NCBI GenBank assembly: GCA_951406725.2 | Contig: OX597818.1 | Coordinates: forward strand, 129,580,001-129,644,000 | Direction of reading: 5' to 3' | DNA length: 64,000 bases | DNA from: Octopus vulgaris | Lineage: Eukaryota | Shown: in pieces, positions 1 to 13,449 of the stretch | Layout of the letters: each line of letters opens with the position of its first letter | Numbering within the stretch: the stretch's first letter is position 1 | The notes under the pieces: generated by a model | The model's input: the letters and a program-made list of their open reading frames with translations, nothing else | The model's database searches: none | Told to the model about the DNA's origin: nothing | Program-made: the position numbers and the translations under genes

Positions 1-21
1 TTAGATACATACATACATACA

Positions 22-75
<54 letters not shown>

Positions 76-762
76 TAAGGGTGTGAGAGAAAATGAAGTG
101 CATGCACCCATGCTCACACACACGCACAAAGGAACTTGGGTGGGCAAACGAAAGGAAAAGTACTCTAAACGTGTAGCTCAGCGTATTTATTTGATCATGG
201 CTGGTGATTCATTCTATCATTTCCTCACTTACGTGGATTCCTTCAGGCAATGAGAAACTTGATGTAGCAATGGAAGGAATCACCAAAATCAAAGAAATAT
301 ATATATATATATATGTGTGTGTGTTTGTGTGTCTGTATATACACATATATGAATGTATATATATATATATGTATGTATATATATATATACGTGTGTAGCT
401 CTGTGCATAATTCTGTGTATATACAAGTACACTTATTTCCTTGTATCCTTACATTTCCACACTTGCATACAAATTGGTGGAGTTTATATAAATTATACAA
501 CACTGCATGTCGTTCGGAATGCTAAACACTTAACTTGATGAATTATTGCAAGTTGCCTGCATATGACATCTATGAACCCCGTCTATTAAAGACAAACAGT
601 TATATGCTTAAAAGATAACACACCCTCTAGGAGATATACAGTGTAAAAAAAAATCAAAGAGGCTTTCAATGCAATGGTGAAAGATATCTTTCTTGGTGAC
701 ACCCAGTACGGTCAGACATCAACAACTCATCTATGAGTAAATGAAGATGCCTTCACATTACT

Positions 763-1110
763 GGCATGGCTGTGTGGTGAAGAAGCTTGCTTTCCAACCA
801 TGTCACCTTGGGTTCAGTCCCACAGCATGTAGCCTTGGGCAAGTGTCTTCTGCTACACTCCCTGGGCTAGGCAGTGCTTTGTGAATAATTTGGTTGATGG
901 AAACAGTTTGGAACCCTGGTGTGTGTGCCTTTGTGTTTGGCCCCATCACTCTCTGGTTTTGTTTATGTACCTGGAACTTTGCAATTTGGCAAAAGAGACT
1001 AATAGAAGTTCCAGGCTTTAAAACAGTTGTACTGGGGTCAATTTGTCCAGCTAGAACCCTTCAAGGTATTACCAAGGCACGGGCATAGTTCAATGACTAA
1101 AACGAGCATG
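763..1110 (+). mobile_element. SINE family A, old copy
   Basis: TGGCTGTGTGG, GGTTCAGTCCC and CCTTGGGCAAGTGTCTTC. Confidence 0.7.
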
Positions 1111-1161
1111 CAAAAAGAGAAAGAAAAAAAGGGAAATTGAGGGTTGCTGGGTCTGCTAGTA

Positions 1162-1224
<63 letters not shown>

Positions 1225-1311
1225 AATTAGGGTTAAGCAACAGGTTGCTTAACCACATACCGAAAATTTAGAAATAGAGAAATTAGAAATTTAGAAATAT
1301 ACATATATCTC

Positions 1312-1686
1312 TTTTACTCTCTTTTACTTGTTTCAGTCATTTGACTGTGGCCATGCTGGAGCACCGCCTTTAATCGAGCAACTCGACCCCGGGACTTATT
1401 CTTTTGTAATCCCAGTACTTATTCTATCGGTCTCTTTTGCCGAACCACTAAGTAACGGGGACATAAACACACCAGCATCGGTTGTCAAGCAATGCTAGGG
1501 GGACAAACACAGACACACAAACATATATATATATATATATATATATATACGACGGGCTTCTTTCAGTTTCCATCTTTCAGCCCGAGACTACAGTAGAAGA
1601 CACTTGCCCAAGGTGTCACGCAGTGGGACTGAACCCGGAACCATGTGGTTGGTAAACAAGCTACTTACCACACAGCCACTCCTGCG

Positions 1687-1688
<2 letters not shown>
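1312..1688 (-). mobile_element. SINE family A
   Basis: Reverse-complement match to 41723-42143 with a small deletion. Confidence 0.85.
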
Positions 1689-1764
<76 letters not shown>

Positions 1765-1766
<2 letters not shown>

Positions 1767-2239
1767 AAATAGAAAGATGAATAATCTTGTAGTAGATTAA
1801 TCAAAAGTTTAACCGATACCTTAGTAGCAAAAATCACAGCAGTAAACAGCACGGTTGGAGGTACAACCATATGGTGTTGCAACCGTGCGTTGGTGCGGAT
1901 AATTGAAATTAAAACATTATTGGTGAATTGAAGAAATGGAGCTGAACGCAGATTGAACAGAAATCGTTTTATTTCATTCTTCAGCCACCGGTTCTCAACA
2001 TACACTGATAAACAGTTTCGCCATGGGCTCTTAGGAGCATAGTTCGATTTGTTTTTTGCTCCGCCTCTGTTCTGTTTTTGTTTTTCCAACGGATTTCCTA
2101 TTTTCTTCCTGAAGAGAAAGACACAATATGGTCCCATTATTCAATCGGATTTTGGTAATTTGTGCCTTTCGAAACACGTGTAGAATGAAATAAAACGATT
2201 TCTGTTCAATCTGCGTTCAGCTCCATTTCTTCAATTCAC

Positions 2240-2246
<7 letters not shown>
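1765..2246 (+). mobile_element. Penelope-like terminal-repeat or retrozyme-like fragment between (TA)n arrays
   Basis: Contains the hammerhead and a perfect ~65-bp inverted repeat (1916-1980 / 2182-2246). Confidence 0.6.
2101..2190 (+). ncRNA. Type I hammerhead ribozyme motif with intact core
   Basis: TTTTCTTC-CTGAAGA-GAAAGACACAA...TTGTGCCTTTC-GAAA-CACGTG-TA-GAATGAAA: canonical CUGANGA and GAAA core, 11-bp stem II with one mismatch, palindromic stem III, GUA triplet, short stem I. Confidence 0.8.
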
Positions 2247-2312
<66 letters not shown>

Positions 2313-3514
2313 ATGATGATGATAATGATGATGATATATATATATATATATAAATATAAAAATTAGAAAAAAAACACCTTTTATCAATTCAACAATGAAA
2401 AAGTTAAATTATACCATTTAGAAAAAATTACATCTTACAGAAAAATTAAATATAAGCTAAAAACATATACCAATGATTAAGTAATGTGCAAAATTATTGA
2501 ATTGATAAAAGGTGGTTTTTTCTAATTTATATATATATTATACTTTGTGAAATTTGATTTAGTATTTCTAAATTGAATTTTTCCCTGTAAGTTTGGAATA
2601 ATATTCCTATATATATATATATATATATACCAAGGCCTCTTCCCCATTTCTTTTAGGAGAGAGTTGCCAAAACAAGACACACACCAGGCATTCCATTCAT
2701 TTCCCAGTTCAAAGGGGTGAGCCCCATTCTATGCTCAGGTCAAGGCATAGAACGCAATCCCCAGCATTAGTCCTGCATATGACTATAAACTACATCTGGT
2801 TGTGGGATCCTGGGGGTCCTGGTTTTAGGGTTTGAGGAGTGTAGAACCACCTCTTAACCACTATCATTCCCAGGTCTACTCTGGCCCGGAGTGGTAGTAC
2901 CTGTAAGGGTCTCAGCTATGGGTTAACTAGCAAACCCCCTGCAACTGGGGGGTGGGGGGGATTGGTAGAATGCAGTTGTCATATTCTCTGCATGGCATAA
3001 CAAGCGACTAAAAGGGGCAGGAGTGAGGAGACTGGATATCCTCTCCTCCTAGTAAATCCATATTCCTAAAAAGACAGCAAGACAATTCTGATTGTAATAG
3101 TAGCAAACTTTCTCCCAAATCAGTTTTAAAAAGGAATAGACTGTAGTCTTGGATTTATAATACAAGATGGTCATGGAATACCTTTGATCATTGATTTACT
3201 TAACCATGGCTGACCTGGGGCTAAGCAACAGCGTACTATTACCCTCCAGTTTACATAGAGAAGGCAAGTGGGCTGGTAGAATTATTACTGCATCAGACAA
3301 CATGCTTAGAAGCATTTCTTCCAATTTTACCTGAGTTCAAATTCTAACGAGGTCAACACTCTACTTTTCATCATTTTGGGGTTAATAAAATAAATACCAG
3401 TTAAGCACTGAAGGCCATATAATCAACTAGCCCCTTTCTTCAAAATTTCAGGCCCTATGCCTATAGTAGAAAGAATATTACATAGATAAAGAGTAAATAC
3501 TTCCTTCAGTAATG

Positions 3515-3831
3515 AATGATCATAGGATTGCACCTAGAAAGTTCCCTTCTGGGGCATAAGTCTGGGCAAGGTTGTTTATGGAAGATTAGCAGTTGTCCCT
3601 GCATACCAGCTTTCCCTCTTCATGCCACCAATGTTATCTAAGGGAAAGGTAGAGGCTGATACGGCTTGGTACTAGTGACATCGCAACTCATTTCTATAGC
3701 TGAGTGAACTGGAGCAACATGAAATAAAGTGTGTTGCTCAAGAACACAACATGGAGCCTGGTTTAGAAAAGGAACTCACTACCTCATGATTGTGAGTCCA
3801 ACGCTCTAACTGCTGAGCCATGTGCCTTCAC
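3515..3831 (-). mobile_element. tRNA-derived SINE family C (V/CORE-like domain)
   Basis: Minus head TGGCTCAGCAGTTAGAGCG and GTGTTCTTGAGCAACACACTT domain; relatives at 42216-42450 (+) and 56690-57020 (-). Confidence 0.7.
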
Positions 3832-3865
3832 ATTACATAGATAGTTGTTTTTTTTTTTGTTTTTT

Positions 3866-4084
3866 TTTTACTACCCTCAAGGGGCTAAACACAGAGAGGA
3901 CAAACAAGGATAGACAAACGGATTAAGTCGACCCCAGTGCGTAACTGGTACTTAATTTATCGACCCCGAAAGGATGAAAGGCAAAGTCGACCTCGGCGGA
4001 ATTTGAACTCTGAACGTAACGGCAGATGAAATACGGCTACATATTTCGCCTGGCATGCTAATGTTTCTGCCAGCTTGCCGCCTT
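3866..4084 (-). mobile_element. SINE family B
   Basis: Family match. Older variants at about 3265, 8196, 16882, 17075, 19490, 20846, 29265, 29548, 38507, 44963 and 52334. Confidence 0.85.
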
Positions 4085-5217
4085 AGATTGTGCAAGGGGA
4101 ACATCATCAATTATATTAAGTTGTCAAACCATTTGGTGAGTCGTTAGAGTATGAGACGAAATGATTTCTAGTATTTACTATTTGAATTCTGGATCCATTC
4201 TCCTCACTACCAAGATTTACTTGGCTTGTTGGCTTAATCCATCACTCAGTTCAGGACCATCATCTGACACTTGGGTACTTTTAATGGAGTCCACTCTACT
4301 ACAAGCATTCAGGTTAGTCTGCTCTCGAGTTTGAGGATACCATCCTCCCTTTTTCAGTACCACCAGTCTAAGAATGGATCTGAAAATAGTCAAAGAGACT
4401 GCTCTATTGACTAAGTGATATAAGAAGTAAAAAAGAAATATATTTTTGCTAGTCTTTCTCATATCTAACAGTAACAGCTAAACTATATTTTGCTTAGGAG
4501 GTCTAATACAACAGAAACATGTTCAGAGTTATTTCCACATTGCCAATGATCAGACCTACTTCTAGGGCATTTTATTTTTAATTAATTTTAACTAATTTAA
4601 ATTCCAGGCTTCCTCTTTTCTCTTTCTAAGCCCAAAATAGTCATTAAGATAATGAGGATTTTTTTACTCATTATTATGGGAGAGATTTTAATTAATTAAA
4701 ATTCTTTTCTCAATACATTCATTATGTCAGCATTCACTTTACTAACAGTAATAATGGTCTCTCATTTGTGGTGGTATAGACATAAGATGGCTGATGTTGT
4801 TATTGTTTAACCCCAGGTCTTAAGATGAAGAGAGAAGAGTGGATGTAGAAGTGTTGTGAGCATTGTTGTTGGCAAGAGATGTAGAGAGAGAAGATAACAA
4901 GAGACAACATAGGAACCAGATGCAGTGATTCACTGTGCTGCAAACCAGTCCAACCCATGCCAGAATGTTAAAATGATTATGAACATGATGATGATTTTGA
5001 TGAGGCGTGAGAAGAGAAGGAAATAGGGGAGTGTGGAATAAAAATAACAAAAAAATTGAAAAGGGTAAAGAGATGGAAGATATGAATATAACCAGATTTG
5101 AACATGCGACTTTTTACTTTTTAAATCTCAGCACTTTTGAAACAACTCACTCCAAACTTGTGGAAACAAAGTGTTTTGGAAAAAGCAACACAAAAGGAAC
5201 ATACTGTGTTAGTGTTA

Positions 5218-5320
5218 GTATGTATGTATGTATGTATGTATGTATGTATGTATGTATGTATGTATGTATGTATGTATGTATGTATGTATGTATGTATGTA
5301 TGTATGTATGTATGTATGTA
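5218..5320 (+). repeat. (TATG)n microsatellite
   Basis: Directly visible. Confidence 0.95.
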
Positions 5321-5350
5321 TGTGTGTGTGTGTGTGTATGTATGCATGTA

Positions 5351-5383
<33 letters not shown>

Positions 5384-5601
5384 GTTTATGTGTATAAATA
5401 TGAGTGTGTATATATGTATTTGATTAGGATTAAATATAATTACATCAGCAAGATAATGAATACTAAATAAGCATAACTATAGCTATATATTTTTATACAC
5501 ACATACACACACACATATTTATCTTATATATAATATGCATATTTATATATTTATCTTATCTCTTATATGTGTGTGTATGTGATTGTGTATATGTGTATGC
5601 A

Positions 5602-5659
<58 letters not shown>

Positions 5660-6369
5660 TGTATGTATGTATTTATCTTACATATATCCGATATATGTGT
5701 TTGAGTATGTGTGTATGTGTGTGTGTGTGTGTACAAATACATATTTTAGGCTTATGAATTCTCAGAACATACAGGAAATAAAACTTCCCAAATGAATTCT
5801 AATCAAATGGTTACTAAAATACCAAAAATAGTCTCTTCAGTAAAACAACATCAAACATATTGTCCTTTCATCCAAATGCTATATCAACCCTACTGCACAC
5901 ATCTATTGTGAGATGTACTGGGGCAAAATAGCATATAATAGGAAAAGTAAAACATACGAATAACACTAGAACAATGCGAAATAAAAACAATTATAGGGAT
6001 CATATATATATATATTTTTTGAGGATATTTTTATTTGAATTTATTCAATTTTGTTTTTGTTCATATGTATAGAACAAAGAGAGCCAAATGCTTATTGATA
6101 GAGTAACAACAATATATGATATGATGATGATGATGACGATGATGATGATGATGATGACGATGATGATGATGACGATGATAATGATATTAATAATTTTTTT
6201 TTTTTTCTAAATGGAAAAAATAAAAATATTTAATTAGTTTTTCTATTAGAATTGATAAGTTCATTCACTTATTTGTTTTGTTCACATACTTAAAATAATA
6301 ATATACATTGCTATAAGAGGAAACGTTTGAAAATGGGCATAAATGTACTAATGTACATTTATGAATATG

Positions 6370-6420
<51 letters not shown>

Positions 6421-6623
6421 GTGTACTTTGTTATGAATGTCCATACATATATAGATACATACATTATTTATTTATAAACACTGGTACATTATATTTTATA
6501 TATGAATATCAACACATGTTTACACACACACACACACACACACAAATACATGTAACTGTAACTGTGTGTGCATTTACATGAACAAATGTGTGTAATTCAT
6601 ATATATGTATATATGTATGTATG

Positions 6624-6654
<31 letters not shown>

Positions 6655-6681
6655 ATATATATATACACACATACATATATG

Positions 6682-6738
<57 letters not shown>

Positions 6739-6744
6739 ATATAT

Positions 6745-6788
<44 letters not shown>

Positions 6789-7377
6789 TAATTTTCTACA
6801 TACATCAGTACAATTATAATTATATACATATAAATGATTTTATATATATATATATAATACACACATTGACATGCATGTGTGCATGCATATATATGCATAT
6901 CTGTGTGTGTGTGTGCATATATATATATGCTTATATATATGTATACACTGACATACACACATACACAACAACACAATGCATTGTTTAGCTGTAAAATGAT
7001 GCTTTGTGTTTAGTGATCCTTATTGTTAAAAGTCCGTCTGTTCAGAATTTGGATTTCAATTCCGACACCATTTATACCATTTATTACTATTGTATTAAAA
7101 AAAGATTTATTAATGATGGCAGAGTTGGTGGTGGTGGTTTGCAGTGGATAGATGTAATGTCAGCAAAGGTTTGTCGGTGAGAGATTGGTGTGGGGGGTGG
7201 GGTGGGACACATAACATATATACATATACATACATATGCATACATATATAACCCCAGCCAGCATCATATTTTTAAAAAAGGTTTTTGTTTTTCCTTATAG
7301 ATATAGGTTATTTTTGAGAGACACAAAGAGGAAAAGTGAAATAGAAAAGAGGAAATACAAAGTGTAGAGGGAAGAGA

Positions 7378-7408
<31 letters not shown>

Positions 7409-7758
7409 GGAGTGAGAGAAAGAAAGGGGGAGAGAGTTAATGATATGGTACCAGTACATGCCAAAATATTGACGCTAACCAAGCATAGTGAAAGGACTTC
7501 CTTGGACTGAGTTTCCTGCTTAACAATCAACAAAGCAGAACAATGGCTAAAAGAAGAGCTAGATAAATGAAATTTAAAAAAAAAAAAGTTGGGTGGGGAG
7601 ACTAAGTATAATATGTAAAATAATCATAAAAATAACAATAATAATAATGATAATAATAATAAATAATGGAAGAGAAGGATGATAATGATCATAACGATGA
7701 TTGTAATAATTAAAGAAAAAGTAAAATTTTTATAATATAACTGTAGACAATTATAGGC

Positions 7759-7796
<38 letters not shown>

Positions 7797-8024
7797 CAAA
7801 TAGAACAGTATGCGTTTGTGCATTGTAGAATATATGGAGACCTAGAGAGACATAAAACACTACATGCCTGCACGTATGCGTGTGTGTATGTATGCATATG
7901 TATGTGCATGTACACAGGCAAATATAAATATACACATTTATATATACAATACTCAATACTTACGAAAATGAATCAATACTTTAATACATACCCACATATA
8001 TATAGATATACATAAATCTATCTA

Positions 8025-8061
<37 letters not shown>

Positions 8062-8092
8062 CCCCATACATATATGTACATACATGTGTGTG

Positions 8093-8177
<85 letters not shown>

Positions 8178-8419
8178 TAACAGAATGAGATAAAACATAG
8201 GCACAAGGCCTGAAATTTGGGGGAGGGGGATAGTCGATTACATTGATCCCAGTACTCAACTGGTACTTAATTTATCGACCCTGAAAGGATGACAGGTAAA
8301 GTCAACCTTGGTGCATTTGAACCCAGAACGTAGCAACGGGCGAAATATGGCTAAGCATTTCATCCAGTATACTAACAATTCTGCGAGCTTCCCGCCTTAA
8401 TAATAATGATAATAATAGT

Positions 8420-9630
8420 AATAATTATTTCTTTTATTTGCCTCAAGGGTTTACATTAAATAATATTAAAAGACATGCAACAGCATAGGCAAAAACTGGA
8501 TGGTACAATGGGTTTTACAGCATGTAAACAATAAATAACAAATAAAATTAAACCAATTTAAATTCCCAATAGGGAAGGTGCTTTAAGGTCCTCGTGGAAG
8601 AACCCACAAAAGCCATAGGTGCCTGATCAACAGGGCAAGAGCTCTTCTTTAATTTTTCATAAGTGTATGCTAAGAATTGGTCCTTTCACACTGGCCATTC
8701 TTCCAACATTCATCCACCTTCCACCAAACTTGCTAGAAGATAACACTTCCCCTGCACCCTCGACTTCCTTTCCAAGTGAAACTTGAAGAAGTTGATGAGG
8801 GTTTGGCCAAAGAGGAAAGCGTCTGACTTTAGCCCTTTCAGATGAGTCCACCATACTACCTCACTAGACAAATAAAAACTGCTTGCCCCTCTCAGCCAAA
8901 GGAGGGTGGCAGGGCAATCTTCACTATGGATCCAGCTGGTAGCTGGATCCATCCCATATGTGACAGAAGGTGTTTGACATAAACCTACAGGTCAGCAATA
9001 CTCAGGCATTGGACAAAGACGTGCAGAATGGTTTCATCATTCTGGGCACACCTCGGGCAGGCCCAGCTGACTCACTTCTGGGCCTGTAAAGTTTATCTTG
9101 AACAGGAAGTACCCCTTGGTAGCACTGACAAGCAAGGGATTTCTGGAAGTTATCCATAGTCCCAGGCCCCAAAGTTCTCCGAAACAGACCGGTTAGTTGA
9201 TCCTCACTGACACCCAGAGTTTCCCCAAGAACGTTGTTGCACTTTTCCTCCACTAGCCCTCTATAGAATGTTAGAGTGGAACTACCACCAACTGCATTGC
9301 CCACCTGGCAGAGAACTGTGAGCGCTTGATGGCACTTGAGGTGCCAAGTGCCCTTCCTCGGTCTATGCCAAATTCAGGTTTGCTGCTCAGTCAAAGAAAT
9401 GAGCTGTAGAAAAGCGAGTCTGACAAATGGTGACTACACCTGTTCACCATCAAGGAAACACTGGCGATGTGCTGTAGCTTGAGTGCATGTCTGCATATCA
9501 GCAACCATGGCATGTCTAGCCCTCCATTCAGTGGCTGTTGGTAGTAGAGCGCCTGACCAGTGGAATGTGCCCCTTCCACAGAAAGTGGAAGAGTAAGTGC
9601 ACCAGCTTGGTCAACCAGCAAATGGGGCAA
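8420..9630 (-). pseudogene. Decayed L1/Tx1-clade LINE 3' region
   Basis: GGLDMPWL..RHALKLQH, MDNFQKSLACQCYQGVLPVQDKL, a zinc-knuckle-like region and LINFFKFHL; frameshifted. Confidence 0.65.
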
Positions 9631-9869
9631 GGGACGATCGTGAAGTGGTAATAGATGATGGATAATAAGAGTATTGATGATGATAATCATTTCTCATACA
9701 GGCACATTTTACTGGGAGGGGGGGTCTAATTAATTACTTCAATCCCAATGCTCAACTTGTATGTGATAGGGCTTGTAACAGCTAATGTTTAAATCTAGTT
9801 TTGCAACTAATAGGTTAACTATGGTTAAATTGGTTTCTGTAGGGATACTGTCTCCTTTAAGAATGCTAC

Positions 9870-10705
9870 AACCAAAACCAGTCTGTTTCAAAGCAAAGGA
9901 GACTCTGTGCATGATCATCAATGAACTTGAAAGCCACCTGCCAATTTGTTCCAATGATGGCACACTATTAAAAGTGGTCAGTGACTTGAAATCCTTTGGG
10001 TCCTGTATTACTGGCAGTAAGTAAAACTTCCTGACATACAAGGGACAATCCTGGAGTATATGTAAGAAGGGTTGATGAAAAGTTCCTGGCTTTGGGTAAA
10101 AGAAAATACAGGAGGATCAGTTAGTTATGATTTTATTCAACACATTCCCCTTTTAAATTCACACACATATTGCAGTGGTCCTTCAGTTTATCTAAGTCCG
10201 TAAAAGAACTTGGAAGGTTGGTCCTCCAGCCAGGCCCTTAAAGCCTCTTTGTAACAAGCTTCAGTTCATCCAGGAATCAAATACTTCAAAGTTAACAAGG
10301 CTGACCCTTCCCTGGATATGTACAGAGATCATTCTTTTCAACACAGCCAAAATCTGAACTAAGAAAAGCAGCTTCAAGATCACCATGAAAGTGCATATAC
10401 CAAACTTCTGAAGAGGGCTTTCAAAATATTGAATGGCATGAGTACAAGGCTAGAGATAAGCTACAATGGCAAAATTCCACCCATCACTGTCTGCTAATAT
10501 TACTCAATACAGGGTAGGTTTTGCTGACCACTGTTATCATATGGGATGTTTTATATTTTGGAAACTAATAGAGAACAAAGACCACTCAAATACATTGATG
10601 TTATTGGCAGACACATCATGAACCTGAAAACAAAGGTAACAGAGAACAGGTATTCCTGATGCAGCTTTGTAAGATGCCTCTTAGTTGCAGCCACTTGAAG
10701 GATTT
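9870..10705 (+). pseudogene. Decayed RTE-type LINE 3' region interrupted by a mariner MITE
   Basis: LKVVSDLKSFGSCI (resembles V.DFKYLGS.I), AYTKLLKRAF, GKIPPIT, RVGFADHCY, RPLKYIDVI. Confidence 0.6.
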
Positions 10706-10711
10706 ATATAT

Positions 10712-11070
10712 CTTTTATCTTCCACTAGTTTAAGTCATTAGACTGCAGCTATGCTCCAGCATGGACTTGGAGATTTTATTTTTAGTCAGATGAATCAAGC
10801 CCAGTACTTATTCCTCTTTTTTTTTAAAGCCTGGTACTTAATCTCTCGGTCTCTTATGCCAAATTGCTAAGTTTACAGATGTAAACACACCAGCAATGGT
10901 TGTCAAGCAGTGGCAGGGGACAAGCATAGACACAAAGGTACATGCACACACACACATAATGAGCTAGCCCAAGGTTATAGTAGAAGACACTCGCCAAACA
11001 TGTCATACAGTAGGACTGAACTCGAAACCATGTGGTTCGGAAGCAAGCTTCTTATCACACAGCCACACTG
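10712..11070 (-). mobile_element. SINE family A, old copy
   Basis: Family head and tail motifs on the minus strand. Confidence 0.7.
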
Positions 11071-11080
11071 TTATATATGC

Positions 11081-11131
<51 letters not shown>

Positions 11132-11392
11132 AATATATACACATACATGTAGTCATACATACTTATATATACATAATGACATGAGTACAAAACTGTGTAT
11201 CTATTTTTATAAGTAACACATATATATTTATATATGTAGATGCATACATGCATACATACATACATACATACATACATACATACATAAATATATATATGAT
11301 GTGTCTGTATGTGTACATTTATATGAGTGTATATGTATATGTAGATACATAACCACAGGCATATATTGCATATATACATATACATGCATTCA

Positions 11393-11476
<84 letters not shown>

Positions 11477-11668
11477 CAAGCAGACAGAGAGAGAGAAAGA
11501 AAGAGAAATAAGAAATACATTTATTAATAAGTACTCTCACAGACATTATAAGTATGTGTAAATGTCTATTCGAACATAAATATGTCCATATACACATATA
11601 TAGATATATACACACACCTAATTATATAAATGTCTACGTCTCTCTCACTCTCTCACTCTTCCTATATT

Positions 11669-11766
<98 letters not shown>

Positions 11767-12131
11767 TGAACACACACACATACATGTTAGTTACGTATAC
11801 ACACACGTTTATATACATACACACAAAGCCAGGATGCAAGCGACAGAGAAAGAATGGTGGGATGGTTCGAGAGTGATATATGGAAATATTCATTCAATTG
11901 CTTGTTTATCCATTCTGTTCTATTCAGGAAGTACAAAAGCAGACCAAGAGGAAATGATGGTGCAATATGTACCCTAATGGGCCAAACCGATTGAAGAATT
12001 AGTATATAAAAGCTACTTGATTAAAAATTCAAATGTGGCTTATTTATTTGGGACCTAATGAATTGTATGAAGGACAACAATGACAAGAACAACAACACTG
12101 GCGGTGATGGCGGCGGTGGTGGTGGTGGTAA

Positions 12132-12178
<47 letters not shown>

Positions 12179-12290
12179 ATAGTTAGTTGTGGTTGGGATG
12201 AAAGGGGAAATGGAGAGTTATAGATAGCTCTAAAGGTATGTGTCTGTGCACGTATTAAATATATTTGTGTGCATAAATACTTGCATGTGC

Positions 12291-12338
<48 letters not shown>

Positions 12339-12381
12339 TCATATATACACATACATACATATATATATATATATACACACA

Positions 12382-12422
<41 letters not shown>

Positions 12423-12430
12423 TCATATAT

Positions 12431-12472
<42 letters not shown>

Positions 12473-12480
12473 TCATATAT

Positions 12481-12526
<46 letters not shown>

Positions 12527-12619
12527 CACACACACATTTATATATGAATTGATACAAGTATGTAATATATGTATGAGTGTGTTTATGAATCCATATAAAT
12601 ACACACACACACACACACA

Positions 12620-12653
<34 letters not shown>

Positions 12654-12803
12654 TCTATATTTATATGAATATATATCTGTGTGTGTGATTGTGTAAAAAT
12701 GTATACATACATGGAAAAATGTGCATGCATAAAAACATAAGTAGGTGATGAATCTATATATTGAAACACTCACACACATTTGTATGTATGTATGTATGTA
12801 GTA

Positions 12804-13092
12804 GAGGCACATGACCAAGTGGTTAGGGCAGTGGACTCGTGGTTGAGGGATCACAGGTTCGAATCTCAGACTGGGTGATGTTTATAAGCGAAACACATAA
12901 GCTCCACGCGGCTCCGGCAGAAGGTAATGGCGAAACTTCTGCTGACTCTTTTGCCACAACTTTCTCTCACTCTTTCCTCTTGCAGCTTACCTGCAATGGA
13001 CCGGCGTCCCATCCTGGTGGGGAGCCTATACACCAAGGAAAGTGGGAAACCGGTCCTTATGAGCCAGGCATGGCTCGAGAAGGAACAAACAA
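12804..13092 (+). mobile_element. tRNA-derived SINE related to family C
   Basis: TGACCAAGTGGTTAG A box, GGTTCGAATC B box, non-tRNA body, AAC-type tail. Confidence 0.7.
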
Positions 13093-13449
13093 TGTATGTA
13101 CAAGATGCAGGCACAAATGTATTGTTAAGAAGTTTGCTTTAAAACTCAATGGCTTTGGGTTCAGTCCTAGTGTGTGGTATCTTTGGTGAAATGTCCTTTT
13201 TATAGACTCAGGTCAACCACTGCTTTGTCTGGTTTACAGAAAATGCATGGAATCTTGTCATGTGTGTGTGTGTGTGCATATGCATGTGTGTGTGTCCATA
13301 TGTATGCAGAAAGAAAAACACAGAGGAAATAACCGATGTTATAATATATAAATGTCAAAAAACCATAAACAAGATATTAATGGTTTACGATGTGTCTAGT
13401 GACCTATTTTTAAATTCCGTCAAGATTTATTTTTCAAAATGTGGACGTT

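Noticed and set aside
7455-7558. Possible minus-strand exon after a poly-T tract
   Set aside because: Donor and frame are ambiguous and there is no recognisable product.
9785-10024. 79-aa ORF ending near GTAAGT as a host exon
   Set aside because: Better explained as a decayed RTE RT segment continuous with downstream LINE motifs.
12300-12530. Regularly spaced ACACATTCAT and ACACATACAT units resembling an array
   Set aside because: Spacers are only (TA)n, so this is a compound microsatellite, not CRISPR-like.
5007-12854. Many YI, CV, HT and MYVC ORFs
   Set aside because: Stop-free translations of TA, CA and TATG microsatellites.
12804-12880. tRNA-like sequence, also at 28342 and in SINE heads
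   Set aside because: A and B boxes are present but acceptor stems do not pair, and SINE bodies follow instead of T-run terminators.
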